From Acidobacteriota bacterium (GTDB lineage: Bacteria > Acidobacteriota > UBA890 > WLXD01), in contig CBDBHB010000008.1 in assembly GCA_965205505.1 (NCBI GenBank), forward strand, positions 480,001 to 544,000: a DNA stretch of 64,000 nt. The letters run 5' to 3'. Below the pieces are notes generated by a model, which worked only from the letters and a program-made list of their open reading frames with translations, made no database searches and was not told where the DNA came from. Below are positions 32,570 to 42,677 of this stretch, piece by piece. The position numbers and the translations under genes are program-made. Numbering within the stretch: the stretch's first letter is position 1; each line of letters starts with the position of its first letter.

Positions 32570-33060
32570 CCGCCCTCGACTGACCAGAACATCTGCGATC
32601 TTGCCGGCGACGCGCCCGGACCCAACTCGGTCAGCGGTGTCGCGGTTCAGTTCCGCGATCCCGACGCCGCAGACTACCGATTGGCTCTGACCGACGTCAC
32701 GGCTTGGAACGCCAGCATGAACCTGTCGGCCGACGGCTTCAACCCCTTCGAGGACGACATCGAGGGTGAGGTGCGCGCCGATCCGTGGGACGTTGGAGCA
32801 GACGAGGTGACGGACGGGCCGCTGACGGTGAGCAACATGCTGGTCGCGGCCGTGACAGAAGGCTCGGCGACCGTAACGTGGTCCACGAGCATTCCGGCCA
32901 ACAATCGTGTCGAGCACGGCCTGGATTCGGGCTATGGCTCGACGTGACACGAGCGAGCATTCACCACTACATGCGAGTGAATGTCGACGGTGGAACGATC
33001 ACCGTGGAGGCCGTAGACAGCAACGGCGTGGTGATCGACACGTTTCGTGGTGCAGTAGGA
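32570..33060 (+). pseudogene. Remnant of a secreted multidomain protein (WDVGADE motif, Fn3-like strand, metallophosphoesterase-like C-terminus)
   Basis: DYRL...DIEGEVR...WDVGADE; SATVTWST...V.HG...YG; then HHYMRVNVDG..ITVEAVDSNGVVIDTF in another frame. Confidence 0.5.
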
Positions 33061-33124
33061 ATTACGGCAGCGCGCCGAACACGACTCGACCGTCGAGCAG
33101 TTGGTGCCGATATCGACGAACACA

Positions 33125-33164
33125 ATCGGGCCCGGGGCGAAAACGGATACGCCCCGGGCCCGGT
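33125..33164 (-). terminator. GC-rich hairpin downstream of groEL
   Basis: ATCGGGCCCGGGGCG-10 nt-CGCCCCGGGCCCGGT. Confidence 0.6.
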
Positions 33165-33196
33165 GTGATCTTGTGATCGGCTAAACGGGTCGAAGA

Positions 33197-34837
<1,641 letters not shown>

Positions 34838-34857
34838 TTAAGAGTTCAGTGCCTGCG

Positions 34858-35163
34858 TTAGCCGACTACGCCGAGGATCTCGTCCTCGCGGACGATCAGG
34901 TGGTCGACGCCATCGAGCTTGATTTCCGTCCCCCCATACTTGCCGACCAGGACGGTGTCGCCGGCCGAAACCGACATCTCGGCGGTCGAGCCATCGTCGA
35001 GCCGCTTGCCCGGACCGATTGCCACGACCTCGGCCTCGAGCGGCTTCTCCTTGGCGGTGTCGGGGATGATGATGCCGCCGCTAACCTCTTCGGCGGCGTC
35101 CAAACGACGGAGCAGAACCCGGTCGTACAGAGGACGCACGCCGACACTCTTCTTCTTCGCCAT
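34858..35163 (-). CDS. groS: Co-chaperonin GroES
   Basis: [29 protein letters not shown]. Confidence 0.98.
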   Translation of the reverse strand: MAKKKSVGVRPLYDRVLLRRLDAAEEVSGGIIIPDTAKEKPLEAEVVAIGPGKRLDDGSTAEMSVSAGDTVLVGKYGGTEIKLDGVDHLIVREDEILGVVG

Positions 35164-35268
35164 TGACTGTGAGCTCCTTGTGAAGTGGGTGATTGCAGAC
35201 GCTGTTGGTTGTCAATTCGTCTGCTGGCAGCGAGTCCGCGCGGAATTAGCGCTTTGAGTTGGACTCCG

Positions 35269-35323
35269 CTAGCACTCTACTAAGACGACTGCCAATCCTA
35301 CACGTGATGCCCGGTCGCGGCAA
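35269..35323 (-). promoter_or_regulatory. Sigma70-type promoter plus CIRCE (HrcA operator) of groES-groEL
   Basis: Minus strand TTGCCG-N17-TAGGAT runs directly into TTGGCAGTC-N9-GAGTGCTAG (CIRCE consensus TTAGCACTC-N9-GAGTGCTAA). Confidence 0.85.
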
Positions 35324-35380
35324 GCTACCCGGGGCAGCTGGGCACGCGCTCATCGCAGTTGGTATGGACCGACACAGTGA

Positions 35381-36751
35381 CTATCGGATCACGTACCACT
35401 CGGTTTCGCGACCGCCGGGGAATTCCATGCCATCCGGGGTGAAGGTCATGCCTGTTTCCGAGAAAAACACGACGCGCTGACCATCCCACTCGGGCACTTC
35501 GTATTCGATGTCCAGCTCCAGGGCGAACAGCGTGTCGTAGCGCAGCGGGCTGCCTCCATCGCCTCTACCGCGTCCCGAGCTCAGACCAGACCCGGCCGAG
35601 TGCACCTCGTCGGAGAAGAACCGGCCGAGCAGCCCGTAGCGCATGAAGTAGTAAGCGAGGGAGTGCGCATAGAGTTTTGCCTGGATGCCTTCCGCCCGGG
35701 CTCGCTCGACCGCCGCGATGCCGATCTCATTGCCGCTGCGGCCCGGGTGCATCTCCTCGCCGATCAGGTCCTGGAAGCGGATGATGTGCCGCAGAGCTTC
35801 CTGGATCCCCTCGGGAGGCTCGTCTTCGCCCCCTTTGAGGACGTAGGCAGACTGCTGCGTATCGGTGTACAGACCCAAGTACATGATGCCCGTATCACAG
35901 AAGATGAGGTCTCCTCGCCGGATGATGAGATTGAGTCCCACCCTGGGTGACGGATCGTCCACGAAGCGTTCGTCGAAGACCCTGAAGTACTCGTCGTCGT
36001 CGTCGTACTTGGCGCGCTCGGCCTTGCTCCTCTGAACCGTGACGGTGGGATGGTCGACGGTTCCCAGCCCCAGGTCTGCGTATCGCTGCCGGATCCACCA
36101 GTTGACGTCATCGGTCGTCGTGACGTCGGGGACGATCACCTTGTTGGAGAAGGCCTCGGCGATGATCTCGTGGGCCAGCCGGAGAACCTGCTTGAAGACA
36201 CTCTGTTCCCGGGGGGTGCGAGTTCCTAGCCAGTGATTGGCGAGCGTTGCTGCCGGCACGACGCGGGAAGCAAGATTCTCGCCGAGCCGTCGCGTCATCT
36301 CTGCGAGCTCTGACTCTGAGGCGGCACTGCGGTTCCGGCGGCTGCGTCCGCCGCCGATGGCGATTCGAGCAGGGTCTCTGGCTCTGACGATTCCGGCAAG
36401 ATCGTCGCTTTCTGCCATCAGGCTCTCGATGCCCGCCGCTTCGCCTCTATCGAAGAAGACCAGGTGGGAGGGGGTCTCCAGCACGGCGCCATCCGCTTCC
36501 GATTGCAGCAGCGAGACGTAGAGGGGACCGTCGCCCTCGTTGACGATCCACATGTCGATTCCGTTCTCTCGCATCACCTGCGGCAAGATCGTTCGCTGCT
36601 TCTCCTTGAGCAGGGCGTTCATCAGAATCGCCTGCTGACGCCTCGTCAAGACACTCTCGGCATCATCGACCAGGACGATCCCGGCGCCCTGGGCAAACAC
36701 CGGACCGCTCACGGCCATCACGAGGAGCGCTGCTATGAGTCGCAAGTGCAT
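35381..36751 (-). CDS. M24-family (Xaa-Pro aminopeptidase-like) secreted protein
   Basis: MRENGIDMWI, TTTDDVNWW, RGDLIFCDTGIMYLGLYTDTQQ. Confidence 0.8.
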   Translation of the reverse strand: MHLRLIAALLVMAVSGPVFAQGAGIVLVDDAESVLTRRQQAILMNALLKEKQRTILPQVMRENGIDMWIVNEGDGPLYVSLLQSEADGAVLETPSHLVFFDRGEAAGIESLMAESDDLAGIVRARDPARIAIGGGRSRRNRSAASESELAEMTRRLGENLASRVVPAATLANHWLGTRTPREQSVFKQVLRLAHEIIAEAFSNKVIVPDVTTTDDVNWWIRQRYADLGLGTVDHPTVTVQRSKAERAKYDDDDEYFRVFDERFVDDPSPRVGLNLIIRRGDLIFCDTGIMYLGLYTDTQQSAYVLKGGEDEPPEGIQEALRHIIRFQDLIGEEMHPGRSGNEIGIAAVERARAEGIQAKLYAHSLAYYFMRYGLLGRFFSDEVHSAGSGLSSGRGRGDGGSPLRYDTLFALELDIEYEVPEWDGQRVVFFSETGMTFTPDGMEFPGGRETEWYVIR

Positions 36752-36757
36752 GATCCG

Positions 36758-37687
36758 CTAAGGCTGGCCGGCAGCGCCCTTGCCCTGGTTAATGACACTC
36801 ATCGCGGTGGCTATTATCGAAGCCGCATCGGCGACGCTCGCCGGCAGGATCATGGTGTTGTTGGTCTTGGCCAGCTCTCCGAACTTCTCGATGTAATCCT
36901 GCGCGACCTTCAGCTGCACCGCCTCCGGACCGCCGGGGGCACCAATCGCCTCGGCGACACGAGTGATCCCGTCGGCAGTCGCGGCGGCAACAGCGAGGAT
37001 CGCCTCGGCTTCGCCCTGTGCCTCGTTGATCTGCTTTTGTTTGGCGGCTTCCGAAGCCTTGATGACCTGCTGCTTGGTGCCTTCCGCCTCGTTGACTGCC
37101 GCATCACGCTCGCCTTCCGAGGTCAGCACCACGGCGCGCTTTTCCCGCTCGGCGCGCATTTGCTTTTCCATTGCGGCGAGGACGTCCTGCGGCGGAGTGA
37201 TGTTCTTGATCTCGTATCGCAGCACCTTGATCCCCCAGGGCTCGGAGGCCTTGTCCACTTCTTCGACGACCCGGATGTTTATCGTGGTGCGCTCTTCGAA
37301 GGTCCGGTCCAGATCGATCTTGCCGATTTCGCTGCGCAGGGTGGTTTGGGCGAGCTGGCTGATCGCGAACATGTAGTTGGCCACACCGTAGGAGGCGCGT
37401 TTCGGATCCATGACCTTGAGGTAGAGCACCCCGTCAACGCCGACTTGCACGTTGTCGCGCGTGATGCAGATCTGTTCCGGAATGTCGACGGCCGTCTCCT
37501 TGAGACCGTGCTGGTAGCGAATCACATCGAGGAACGGCAGGAGGATATGGAATCCCGGTTCGAGCGTCTTGTGGAACTTGCCCAGCCGCTCGACGATGAA
37601 GGCGTTCTGTTGTGGAACGACCTTCGCCGTCTTGGTAATAACGATGACAACGAAAGCTGCAAAAACGGTGAAAACGAAGACTGTCAT
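36758..37687 (-). CDS. SPFH/band-7 (stomatin/paraslipin, QmcA-like) protein
   Basis: VERLGKF, CITRDNV, QLAQTTLRSEIG, QMRAEREKRA. Confidence 0.92.
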   Translation of the reverse strand: MTVFVFTVFAAFVVIVITKTAKVVPQQNAFIVERLGKFHKTLEPGFHILLPFLDVIRYQHGLKETAVDIPEQICITRDNVQVGVDGVLYLKVMDPKRASYGVANYMFAISQLAQTTLRSEIGKIDLDRTFEERTTINIRVVEEVDKASEPWGIKVLRYEIKNITPPQDVLAAMEKQMRAEREKRAVVLTSEGERDAAVNEAEGTKQQVIKASEAAKQKQINEAQGEAEAILAVAAATADGITRVAEAIGAPGGPEAVQLKVAQDYIEKFGELAKTNNTMILPASVADAASIIATAMSVINQGKGAAGQP

Positions 37688-37689
37688 GC

Positions 37690-38130
37690 TCACGCCTGGC
37701 TCCTCCGTATATAGAGTTTCAACCCGTCGACCCACTCAACTACACCCCTGTCACCTTGGGCAAGAGCCTCTGCGCCTACGTTCTGCGCACCCCAGGAAGT
37801 GCCGCGAAGCTCAGCTCTGCCGTCGGCGCCGGGAGCGATGTCCTCGGCGACGACCACCGACTTGCCCACCAGCGAGTCGACATGCCCAGCAGCGTCTTCA
37901 GTTCTTTCCAACCTTCGTAGAATCGGCCCGCGAAGCATGAGCAGGGACGCCACCGAGAGCACCGAGAACACGGCCCACTGAAACCACACGGGGCCGCCGA
38001 TACCGAGCGAGACCAGTACCCCCACGACGACAGCAGCGGCACCAAAGAACAGCAGGATGATACCGCCCGGAACCATGACCTCGAGGGCCAGCAGCCCCAG
38101 CCCGACGAGTATCCAAATCCACCAGTCCAT
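37690..38130 (-). CDS. NfeD-family protein
   Basis: W.WILVG..LL.LE...PG, GRAELRGTSW; adjacent to the SPFH gene. Confidence 0.85.
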   Translation of the reverse strand: MDWWIWILVGLGLLALEVMVPGGIILLFFGAAAVVVGVLVSLGIGGPVWFQWAVFSVLSVASLLMLRGPILRRLERTEDAAGHVDSLVGKSVVVAEDIAPGADGRAELRGTSWGAQNVGAEALAQGDRGVVEWVDGLKLYIRRSQA

Positions 38131-38243
38131 GTCAGATCTCCTTTCGGCCGGCGAGCTTGAGAGTCTACATGTACGTACTCTGGGTAGGGTTCGGAATCGT
38201 GAACCACCCGGCCGCGTGTCGCCGAGCTGACGAATGTGCACCG

Positions 38244-39455
38244 TCACTCACTGGGAGCGGACGCAACGCCCGCACCGCGCAACTTCACTCGTGTCTTGCT
38301 GCCGTTGGGGTCATTGGACACGATGACGACCTTGGCCCGCTGCAGCCCCGTCGCGGTGGGCTCGAAACGGACCCGGAAATCGCAGGACTGCTGAGGGGCC
38401 AAGACGGCGCTCGAACAGGTGTCCCTGCGGTTCGGCAGAGTGAACTGCGATCGGCCGCCGCCGGTGAGCTTGATCGTGAAGATGTCGACATCCTGGGGTG
38501 CTTGGTTGGTGACGGTGACCCTTTGCAACGCACCCGCACCGATTTCGACCTCCCCGAAGTCGAGCTTCGGCTCGACGGTCAGACCACCGACAGTGCTGTC
38601 CTCGACCCACAGCGGATCGGCCCCGTCCGGGTCGCGGCTCTCTCCGAGAAAGCCGTGGTTCTGGGCGGGCGACAAGTCTTCGAGGGCCTGCCCTGCACCC
38701 TCGTCGAAAGCCCAGTAGCCGACGAGGCCGGACGAGAGAGGATCCACCCCCAGCCTGTGGACGTCCGCGATCTCAGCATCGGTGAGAGCGACGTTCCACA
38801 TGGCAGGCTCGTCGATCTGTCCGGGGAAAAACCAGGTCGGCGGCTCCACGCCTCCGGGGGGCGGGCCGATCGTGCCGAACGTGCAGCCGATGGACAGGTC
38901 CTGGAAATTGTTCGATGAAGGCAGGCCGGTTCCCTGACAACTCGCCCGCCTTTGTCCGTCTATGTAGAGAGCCAGGTCCGCCGATGAGTGGCGCGCCACA
39001 GCCACGTGGTGCCAGGCATCATCGGCTACGAAAAGATCGCCATTGACAGCGCACGTACCCGACGGGAAGCAGTCGTTTAATGGATAGCAGTAGTTGTTCT
39101 CGCGCGTGTCCTCGAGCATGACCTCCAGAGTCCCGTCGCCGGTAACGTAGAGTTGCCAGCTCAGGTTGAACGAATTGTCGTCCTCCCCGCGAGCGACGAT
39201 GGCCGCTCTACCGCTGGGCTGTGTGAGCTTGATCCAGGCGCCGGCGGTGAAGACCTCGGTGGGGAACGAAGCATCGTAGGGAACAATCACGCGGTCATCG
39301 GTCCCGTCAAACTGGAGAACCGTTGCGCCCTCTAGCAGGCCGGTCGTCTGCGCCGGGGCGTTCCCATGAGCCAACAGCACGATGGCAAGCAACATCGCCC
39401 AGTACAGCGAACGGTGCAGTGCGGGTCCTTGCCGGTGCAATCGTCTGCGCCACAT
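38244..39455 (-). CDS. Secreted LamG/concanavalin-like jelly-roll protein with a C-terminal Ig-like (ASH/choice-of-anchor D) domain
   Basis: LQFDGTDD, WHHVAV, GQIDE..MWNVAL, LVGYWAFDEG, LDFGEV...VTVTN. Confidence 0.75.
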   Translation of the reverse strand: MWRRRLHRQGPALHRSLYWAMLLAIVLLAHGNAPAQTTGLLEGATVLQFDGTDDRVIVPYDASFPTEVFTAGAWIKLTQPSGRAAIVARGEDDNSFNLSWQLYVTGDGTLEVMLEDTRENNYCYPLNDCFPSGTCAVNGDLFVADDAWHHVAVARHSSADLALYIDGQRRASCQGTGLPSSNNFQDLSIGCTFGTIGPPPGGVEPPTWFFPGQIDEPAMWNVALTDAEIADVHRLGVDPLSSGLVGYWAFDEGAGQALEDLSPAQNHGFLGESRDPDGADPLWVEDSTVGGLTVEPKLDFGEVEIGAGALQRVTVTNQAPQDVDIFTIKLTGGGRSQFTLPNRRDTCSSAVLAPQQSCDFRVRFEPTATGLQRAKVVIVSNDPNGSKTRVKLRGAGVASAPSE

Positions 39456-39458
39456 TCT

Positions 39459-40995
39459 CTACTCCACCACGAACTGGCCCATCATCCCGACGTCTTCGTG
39501 CTCGAGGATGTGGCAATGGAACATGTACGGGCTCAGCGGATCCGCGTAGTCGCGAAATCGCTTGATGATGCGTACGGTCTCGAAGGGGCGCACCAGCACC
39601 ACGTCCTTCCAGCCGAGCTCTTGTGCCGGCGGCAGCACGCCGTCCCGCGACAGGACCTGGAACGAGTTTCCGTGCACGTGGAACGGATGGGCCTGAGTGT
39701 TGGGGTTGGTGATCTCCCAGATCTCGGTATCGCCAACGCGGATGCGTGCGTCGATGATCGCCATGTCCATCCGCTTGCCGTTGATTCCAAAGGGGTTGGC
39801 ATTGAGCTCGAAAGACCGTGGGCTCGTGGCGTTCACGGCTTCTGACTCCGGAATCCGAGCGACCGTTGCCAGGCGCTCGGGAACGCTCGTAACCGCATTG
39901 GCCTTGGTACGCTTGACGCGGATGGTGAGCAGATCGAAATCCGCCCTGTCCCATGAATCCTGCAACGGACGCGGTACCAACCGCGTGCCGTTCTCCGAAT
40001 TGAAGCTGCGAAGCTCGATCTTCCGGCCCTTGTCGGCACCCAGGTCGACCAGGATCTCGGCGCGCTCCGCGGGCGCCAGGATCAGCCGGGACAAGGGCAC
40101 CGGAGCGACGAGGAAGCCGCCGTCCGAGCCCACCTGATAGAAGATCCGCTCGTCACTGAAGCCTAGGTTGTAGATGCGCGCATTGGAGGCGTTCAGGGAG
40201 GCGAAGGCGGATTACCTGGGCGCCAACCTTCAGGAGCGGAGCCTCGACGCCGTTTACCAGGAAGTGACCGCCCTTGCGGAGCGCCGGATCAGTGGCGGGG
40301 TTCCAGTCGTCGGGGAAATGCATGAGGCGGCCGTCCTCGTGAAACCGTCGGTCCTGGAGAATCAGCGGGATGTCATCGCGCCCGTAGGACCGCGGCAACG
40401 CAAGCATGTCCGAGGTGTCGTCCTCGACGATGAGCATGCCGGCGAGCCCCTGGTAGACCTGGTAGCCAGTCCCCATCGGATCCATGAGCACCGACTGACC
40501 CAGCGAGGCGTGCGGGTGTGGGTGGTACCAATACGTTGCGGCGCGGTTGAGCACCGGGAACGAGGCTGCCCACGTGTCCCCGGGCTCGATCCTCTGATGG
40601 GGGCCACCATCCATGGCCGCAGGCACGTGCATGCCATGCCAGTGGGTGGTGGCGGTGACGCCGAAGCTGTTGGTCACATTGATCGCCACCAGATCGCCTT
40701 TTCGCACTACCAAGGTAGGTCCGAGGTAGTCACCGTTGTATCCGACGGTCTCCGTTTGCCTGCCAGCGAGGAATTTCCGCGTACCTGGCTACGCTGTCAG
40801 CTCGTAAGTCATGAGGCCATCTCGCGCCGTGCCCTCGAGCAGCGGGGGAATAGGTAGCGCCTGGAGCTTCAAGGCAGCCCTGACCTTCTGAGGCTCGGGA
40901 GCTCTCCAAGCGGACGTCGCTAGCAGCAGGGAGCTCGCGGTTCCTGTGGAGAGCTCCACAAACGATCGGCGTGAGAGCGTTGGCCGTTTCCGCAT
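39459..40995 (-). pseudogene. Multicopper oxidase (CueO/SufI-like, Tat) with an in-frame TAG (~40790) and a +1 frameshift (~40197)
   Basis: HWHG, WYHPH, HPFHVHG, MFHCHILEHED; reading LTA*PGTRK and RLRL/LNASNARIY shows the two lesions. Confidence 0.85.
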
Positions 40996-41264
40996 GGAGT
41001 CTGCCTTCGTCCGGTGCTGAGCGTAGATCGAGCTTGTGCGGGGTGCGCATTCCACCGTCGAGCGCAAGCCTCGCAAGCAACGCCACGATATGACCTGCTG
41101 ACCAGACCCCGCGGCCAGTGGTGTCAAGTTAGACGCAACATCGGCGAGAAACGTCGATCCACGAGCCCAAGTCGTCGCTTGTCCTCCGGGCGCTGCACGT
41201 CCACCCAAGAGGACTGGGCTGCCCGCAATCGACCTGAGTAGCCAGCACCCGTGGTGCAAACCGG

Positions 41265-41346
41265 GACACGGCTATGTGGAGAGCTCCAACGGCAAGCTAC
41301 GCGACGATTTGCTGAACGGGGAGATCTTCTACGCGCTCACAGAAGC
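41265..41346 (+). mobile_element. Small IS3 transposase relic
   Basis: [26 protein letters not shown], similar to 1-494. Confidence 0.7.
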
Positions 41347-41386
41347 GACCGCCTCAAGAACAGAGGGCGTGCTTCTCAGGAAGTCA

Positions 41387-42634
41387 CTATCGTCGAACTG
41401 TTCGATCACGGAATCGAAGAACTTCAACACTTGTCAACGAATCGGTGCCATCCCTGTTCAGGCGATTATCACGGACTGTCACCAACCCCTCGTGAGTCGT
41501 CACGGAGTAGCCTTCATAGGCCCCGGAAAACACTGCGGTGTCATCTCCAACGTTCCCGTTGAGTCGGTCGTCCCCTCCGCCTCCTCTCAATACGTTGTTC
41601 CCGGAATTCCCCGTCAGCGTATTGGCGTGACGGTTTCCAGTCAGGCTTGCATCGTTGTTTCCCGTCAGAGTCACGTTCCGCAGGTGCTGTGACTTGTAGG
41701 TATAGACCTGCGATTCATCAACTTGAATCGAGAACGTGCCCTCAAAGTCTTCTGGTAGCAAGGGCGTGTACGTCAGGTACGGGTGGAAGAAACTCGTGAT
41801 GAGCTCATAGGCGACCGGGTCGATCTCCAACAGGCGCGCGCGGGTGTTGGCCGCATTCTGCCCCCAATGAGCGGTCCCTTCCGGCATTTCTCCGGGTAGA
41901 ACATCCCTTCCTTCCCATCTCTTCGGCTGCACTACCCATAGGTCGTAGTAGACATCGAACTCTTGGGCAAAGTACTCAACCGAATTGCTCCCGTCGTTGT
42001 AATCCCTCGACCAGCCTCTTGCAGCCGCAGCCTCATGCGCCGCCGCGATCTCCGCTTGGAATTCTGGCAGCGCGGTCATGATGCCGCTGCGTTGCACGAG
42101 GTGGAGAACTTCCTCGTAGGACGCATCCCGGGTGAGGTGGCTCATGTAATCGTCAGTGCCCTCGACGGCAGTTTCCTTCGTCCACATAGACTGCAATTGA
42201 AGGTCGGTCGTACTGCCGAGCGGGCCACGCCTCGCCTCTCTGGCCGTGTCGGAGCTATTGAACAAGAGCATGGTCGCCTTTCTGTCGCCCATGGCGTTGG
42301 CGACCGCTGCCTTATTGCTGCCATATTTGGAGCCAGGATAGTCAGTTAACATATGCCTCATGACATTCCTGATCTTTATGACCTCGTCCTCAGGCCACTC
42401 GTCTTGGACAAGAAAATGAATCGGCTTCCCGTTCGTCGCGAGTACTTTGGTGTATTTCGAAAACACATCTGTAAATACGGAGGGGGTATCGGATGGAAAC
42501 GAGACAATACCGTTGGGAGAATCGGAGGTGTCGATTTCTGGCAACGTAACAATCTGCGCGTATCCCGACGCGGCGACGGAGCATGACAATAGAAACAATG
42601 TCCCGAGTGAATACATGGTTGCGTTGTTGTGCAC
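41387..42634 (-). CDS. Secreted hypothetical protein with a C-terminal RTX/haemolysin-type Ca-binding repeat
   Basis: Signal peptide; RDASYEEVLHLV; GN...N.L.GNSGNNVLRGGGGDDRLNG, GTDSLTSVE. Confidence 0.7.
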   Translation of the reverse strand: MHNNATMYSLGTLFLLSCSVAASGYAQIVTLPEIDTSDSPNGIVSFPSDTPSVFTDVFSKYTKVLATNGKPIHFLVQDEWPEDEVIKIRNVMRHMLTDYPGSKYGSNKAAVANAMGDRKATMLLFNSSDTAREARRGPLGSTTDLQLQSMWTKETAVEGTDDYMSHLTRDASYEEVLHLVQRSGIMTALPEFQAEIAAAHEAAAARGWSRDYNDGSNSVEYFAQEFDVYYDLWVVQPKRWEGRDVLPGEMPEGTAHWGQNAANTRARLLEIDPVAYELITSFFHPYLTYTPLLPEDFEGTFSIQVDESQVYTYKSQHLRNVTLTGNNDASLTGNRHANTLTGNSGNNVLRGGGGDDRLNGNVGDDTAVFSGAYEGYSVTTHEGLVTVRDNRLNRDGTDSLTSVEVLRFRDRTVRR

Positions 42635-42677
42635 GATCACCTCTCGAATTGTGGTAAAGAGACCATGGCCTGCTAGT

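Noticed and set aside
40785-40795. In-frame TAG in the multicopper oxidase as possible pyrrolysine or readthrough
   Set aside because: The same gene also has a frameshift, and TAG is used as a normal stop elsewhere in the window.
41115-41132. GTGGTGTCAAGTTA resembling the 130-bp MITE TIR
   Set aside because: Only ~10 nt match and no partner end.
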